Assembly: GCA_947458025.1 (NCBI GenBank)
Contig: CANHCJ010000002.1
Location: 6,455 to 70,454, forward strand
DNA length: 64,000 nt
Reading direction: 5' to 3'
Origin: Rhodospirillales bacterium
Lineage (GTDB): Bacteria > Pseudomonadota > Alphaproteobacteria > Acetobacterales > Acetobacteraceae
The notes below the pieces were generated by a model. The model searched no databases. It was not told where the DNA came from and saw nothing but the letters and a program-made list of their open reading frames with translations. Below, piece after piece: positions 61,836 through 64,000 of this stretch. Every line of letters begins with the position of its first letter. Position 1 is the first letter of the stretch. The translations under genes were made by a program, and so were the position numbers.

Positions 61836-63512
61836 ATGGACCATACCGAGAAGCACGGCGGCCTGCTGACGCTGGCAGCCGTGGCACCCTTCCTGGCTGT
61901 GCTGCCCGTGCTGGGGCTGGTGGTGCTGGCGTTGCAGGGCGCCGGCGACCACTGGTCCCATATCATGGGTTATGTACTGCCCGACGCCCTGAGGCAGACG
62001 GCGATCCTGCTTGCCGGCACCGCGGCGCTGACCGCCGTGGTGGGCGTGGGGACGGCTTGGCTGGTGACCAGCTTTGCCTTCCCTTGGCGTCGGCTGCTGG
62101 AATGGGCGCTGCTACTGCCGCTGGCGATGCCGACCTATATCGTCGCCTACTCCTATCTGGATGTGCTGCATCCAGTCGGGCCGGTGCAGTCGATGTTGCG
62201 CTTCATCCTCGGCATCACCGAGGTGCGGGGACTGATCCTGCCGGACATCCGCTCCATGACGGGTTGCATCCTGGTGATGGGTTTCGTCCTGTATCCCTAT
62301 GTCTACGTGACCACCCGCGCGGCCCTGCTGATGCAGTCGGCCGAGGCCATCGAGGCGGCGAGGGGGTTGGGAGCGGGCGGCCTCACGCTGTTTCGCCGGG
62401 TAACGCTGCCGATCGCCGCCCCTGCGCTGGGCGTGGGGCTCGGGCTCGCGATGCTGGAAGTGGTGGCAGATATCGGGGCGAGCGAATTCCTCGGTATCCG
62501 CACGATGACGGTGGCCGTCTATGTCACCTGGACTACGCGAGGCTCCGTGGAGGGCGCGGCGCAAATTGCGCTGGCCATGCTGGTGATCACGTTCGGGCTG
62601 CTGGCGCTGGAGCGCGGCATGGCGCGACGGCGCGACCGAGGCGGCGGCGCGGGCGAGCGGCAGCCGCTGCGCGTGCCTTTGCGCGGCTGGGCCGCCTGGG
62701 TCGCCTGTGCCGCCTGCATGATCCCGGTGACGCTGGGTTTCCTGATCCCGGTGCTTCATCTGGTGGTGAACGCCACGATCCGGGTTGCGGAGTTCGGGTT
62801 GCCCCAGGCGTTGGCTGGATGGATCTGGAACAGCGCGCTGCTGGCGGCGCTCGCCACGGTGGGGACGATCCTCGTCGGCTTCCTGCTTGCCTTTTGCCAT
62901 CGCCATGTCGGCGGCATTTGGGCGACCGCATTCCTGAGGGTTTCTTCGATAGGCTATGCGCTGCCGGGCACGGTGCTTGCGTTGGGTTTGCTGGGGCCGA
63001 TGGCATGGTTCGACGACCTGGTGGCGACCATGCTTGGCTGGCTCGGCATTCATGCCGGGCTATTGCTTTCAGGTTCTGCTGGGGCTCTGGTGCTGGCCTA
63101 CATGCTGCGGTTCCTGACGATCCCGGTGAACACTCTGGAGGCCGGCTATGGTCGCATCCCCTACAGCGTAGACGATGCCGCGCGGGGGTTGGGAGCGCCA
63201 GACCGGGCGCTCGCCTGGCGGTTGCACGTGCCGTTGCTGACGCCAGCCGGGGCGGCCGCAGCGCTGCTGGTGCTGATCGACTGCATGAAGGAGTTGCCGG
63301 CGACGCTGCTGCTTCGGCCGCTGAACGTGGATACACTCGCCACAGCGCTGTATGCTGAGGCGTCGCGCGGAACCTACGAGGACGGGGCGGTCGCCGCGCT
63401 GGCCATCGTTTTGGTTGGGCTCGTGCCGGTGATCCTGCTGGTGCGGGGGCTGCGCCCCCACCAAGCCAAGCGGCGGCGCGACGCATTGCAGGCGGCGGTG
63501 GTAACCGGATAA
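61836..63512 (+). CDS. Iron ABC transporter permease, fused double-domain (FbpB-like)
   Basis: ~558 aa with ~12 TM helices and two BPD-transport modules. An alternative TTG start lies at 61812. Confidence 0.8.
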   Translation: MDHTEKHGGLLTLAAVAPFLAVLPVLGLVVLALQGAGDHWSHIMGYVLPDALRQTAILLAGTAALTAVVGVGTAWLVTSFAFPWRRLLEWALLLPLAMPTYIVAYSYLDVLHPVGPVQSMLRFILGITEVRGLILPDIRSMTGCILVMGFVLYPYVYVTTRAALLMQSAEAIEAARGLGAGGLTLFRRVTLPIAAPALGVGLGLAMLEVVADIGASEFLGIRTMTVAVYVTWTTRGSVEGAAQIALAMLVITFGLLALERGMARRRDRGGGAGERQPLRVPLRGWAAWVACAACMIPVTLGFLIPVLHLVVNATIRVAEFGLPQALAGWIWNSALLAALATVGTILVGFLLAFCHRHVGGIWATAFLRVSSIGYALPGTVLALGLLGPMAWFDDLVATMLGWLGIHAGLLLSGSAGALVLAYMLRFLTIPVNTLEAGYGRIPYSVDDAARGLGAPDRALAWRLHVPLLTPAGAAAALLVLIDCMKELPATLLLRPLNVDTLATALYAEASRGTYEDGAVAALAIVLVGLVPVILLVRGLRPHQAKRRRDALQAAVVTG

Positions 63513-63609
63513 GGCGGGTGTTCTGCCAGGCGCGGCGTGCAGGCACACAATGCTACCAGCAAGGGGCGCCGCCCGGGTTCTTCCGATGATGAATGGGTCG
63601 GTTGCGGAC

Positions 63610-63900
63610 CTACATCCCGAGTGCGCGACGGTAGACGTCGAGCAGCGTCTCCTGTTCCTCAACCTCGGCGGGCTCCTGCTTGCGCAGGCGGATGAGCTGA
63701 CGCATCACCTTCACGTCGAAGCCGGCGGACTTCGCCTCGGCGTAGATGTCCTTGATGTCACTGGACAGCGCCTTCCTTTCCTCCTCAAGCCGCTCGATGC
63801 GCTCGATGAGGCTGCGCAGGCGTTCAGCGGAGATGTTGCCCCACTGGGCGGATTCCTCGGCTTGCGGCTCGCCGGCGGTCGCGGAAGCGGATCGGGCCAT
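63610..63900 (-). CDS. gapR: DUF2312/GapR-family nucleoid-associated protein
   Basis: ERLRSLIERIERLEEERKALSSDIKDIYAEAKSAGFDVKVMRQLIRLRKQ...LLDVYRRALGM closely matches the GapR/UPF0335 consensus. ATG 63900 follows GGAG. Confidence 0.9.
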   Translation of the reverse strand: MARSASATAGEPQAEESAQWGNISAERLRSLIERIERLEEERKALSSDIKDIYAEAKSAGFDVKVMRQLIRLRKQEPAEVEEQETLLDVYRRALGM

Positions 63901-64000
63901 CGGGAAACTCCGTCTCAGTTCGGACACGCCCGCATCGGGCATCCAGGGGCGGCGGATTAGCCGAGCGCCCCCGGACGGTCAACGGAACATCCGTCAGTGG

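Overview
This is a very GC-rich window (GC not computed). It is probably alphaproteobacterial, because a GapR/DUF2312 gene sits at the 3' end. It is gene-dense: I call 48 CDS. I found no rRNA or tRNA genes, no CRISPR array, and no IS, integrase or prophage signatures. I also recognised no classical DNA-binding transcription factor.

Layout:
(1) 1-13817 is an envelope-associated module. It contains the 3' 6.8 kb of a giant hierarchical-repeat exoprotein gene, which is cut by the window edge. Next come a translationally coupled TPR-CHAT caspase-like protease with a lipoprotein signal and a transmembrane Hanks Ser/Thr kinase with a Pro-rich spacer and a DUF4384-like outer domain. A convergent two-gene operon follows, encoding an OmpA-like peptidoglycan binder and a membrane-anchored HExxH protein. 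This is my best candidate for an undescribed system.
(2) 13949-31177 is a peptide/amide catabolic island. It holds a family-5 peptide ABC importer, an AstE-like deacylase, a dimethylformamidase-large-subunit-like amidase, Ldh2, AKR, two M20 peptidases, one M28 peptidase and an SDR.
(3) 31184-49380 and 54626-57487 form a steroid/branched-acyl-CoA-type beta-oxidation cluster. It includes two adjacent ACAD pairs, a DUF35 + SCP-x-type thiolase, an MFE-2-type SDR, a CoA ligase, a family III CoA-transferase, an LLM monooxygenase, an alpha/beta hydrolase and a FadB-type enzyme.
(4) 49401-54532 holds a DapA-family lyase, a penicillin-acylase-family protein with no signal peptide, an SDR and an SMP-30 lactonase.
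(5) 57544-63900 holds an orphan Tat-type solute-binding protein, ugd, an FbpAB-like iron importer without its ATPase, and gapR.

Many long antisense ORFs in the supplied track are high-GC artefacts. All family calls come from motif and sequence recognition by eye; no searches were run.
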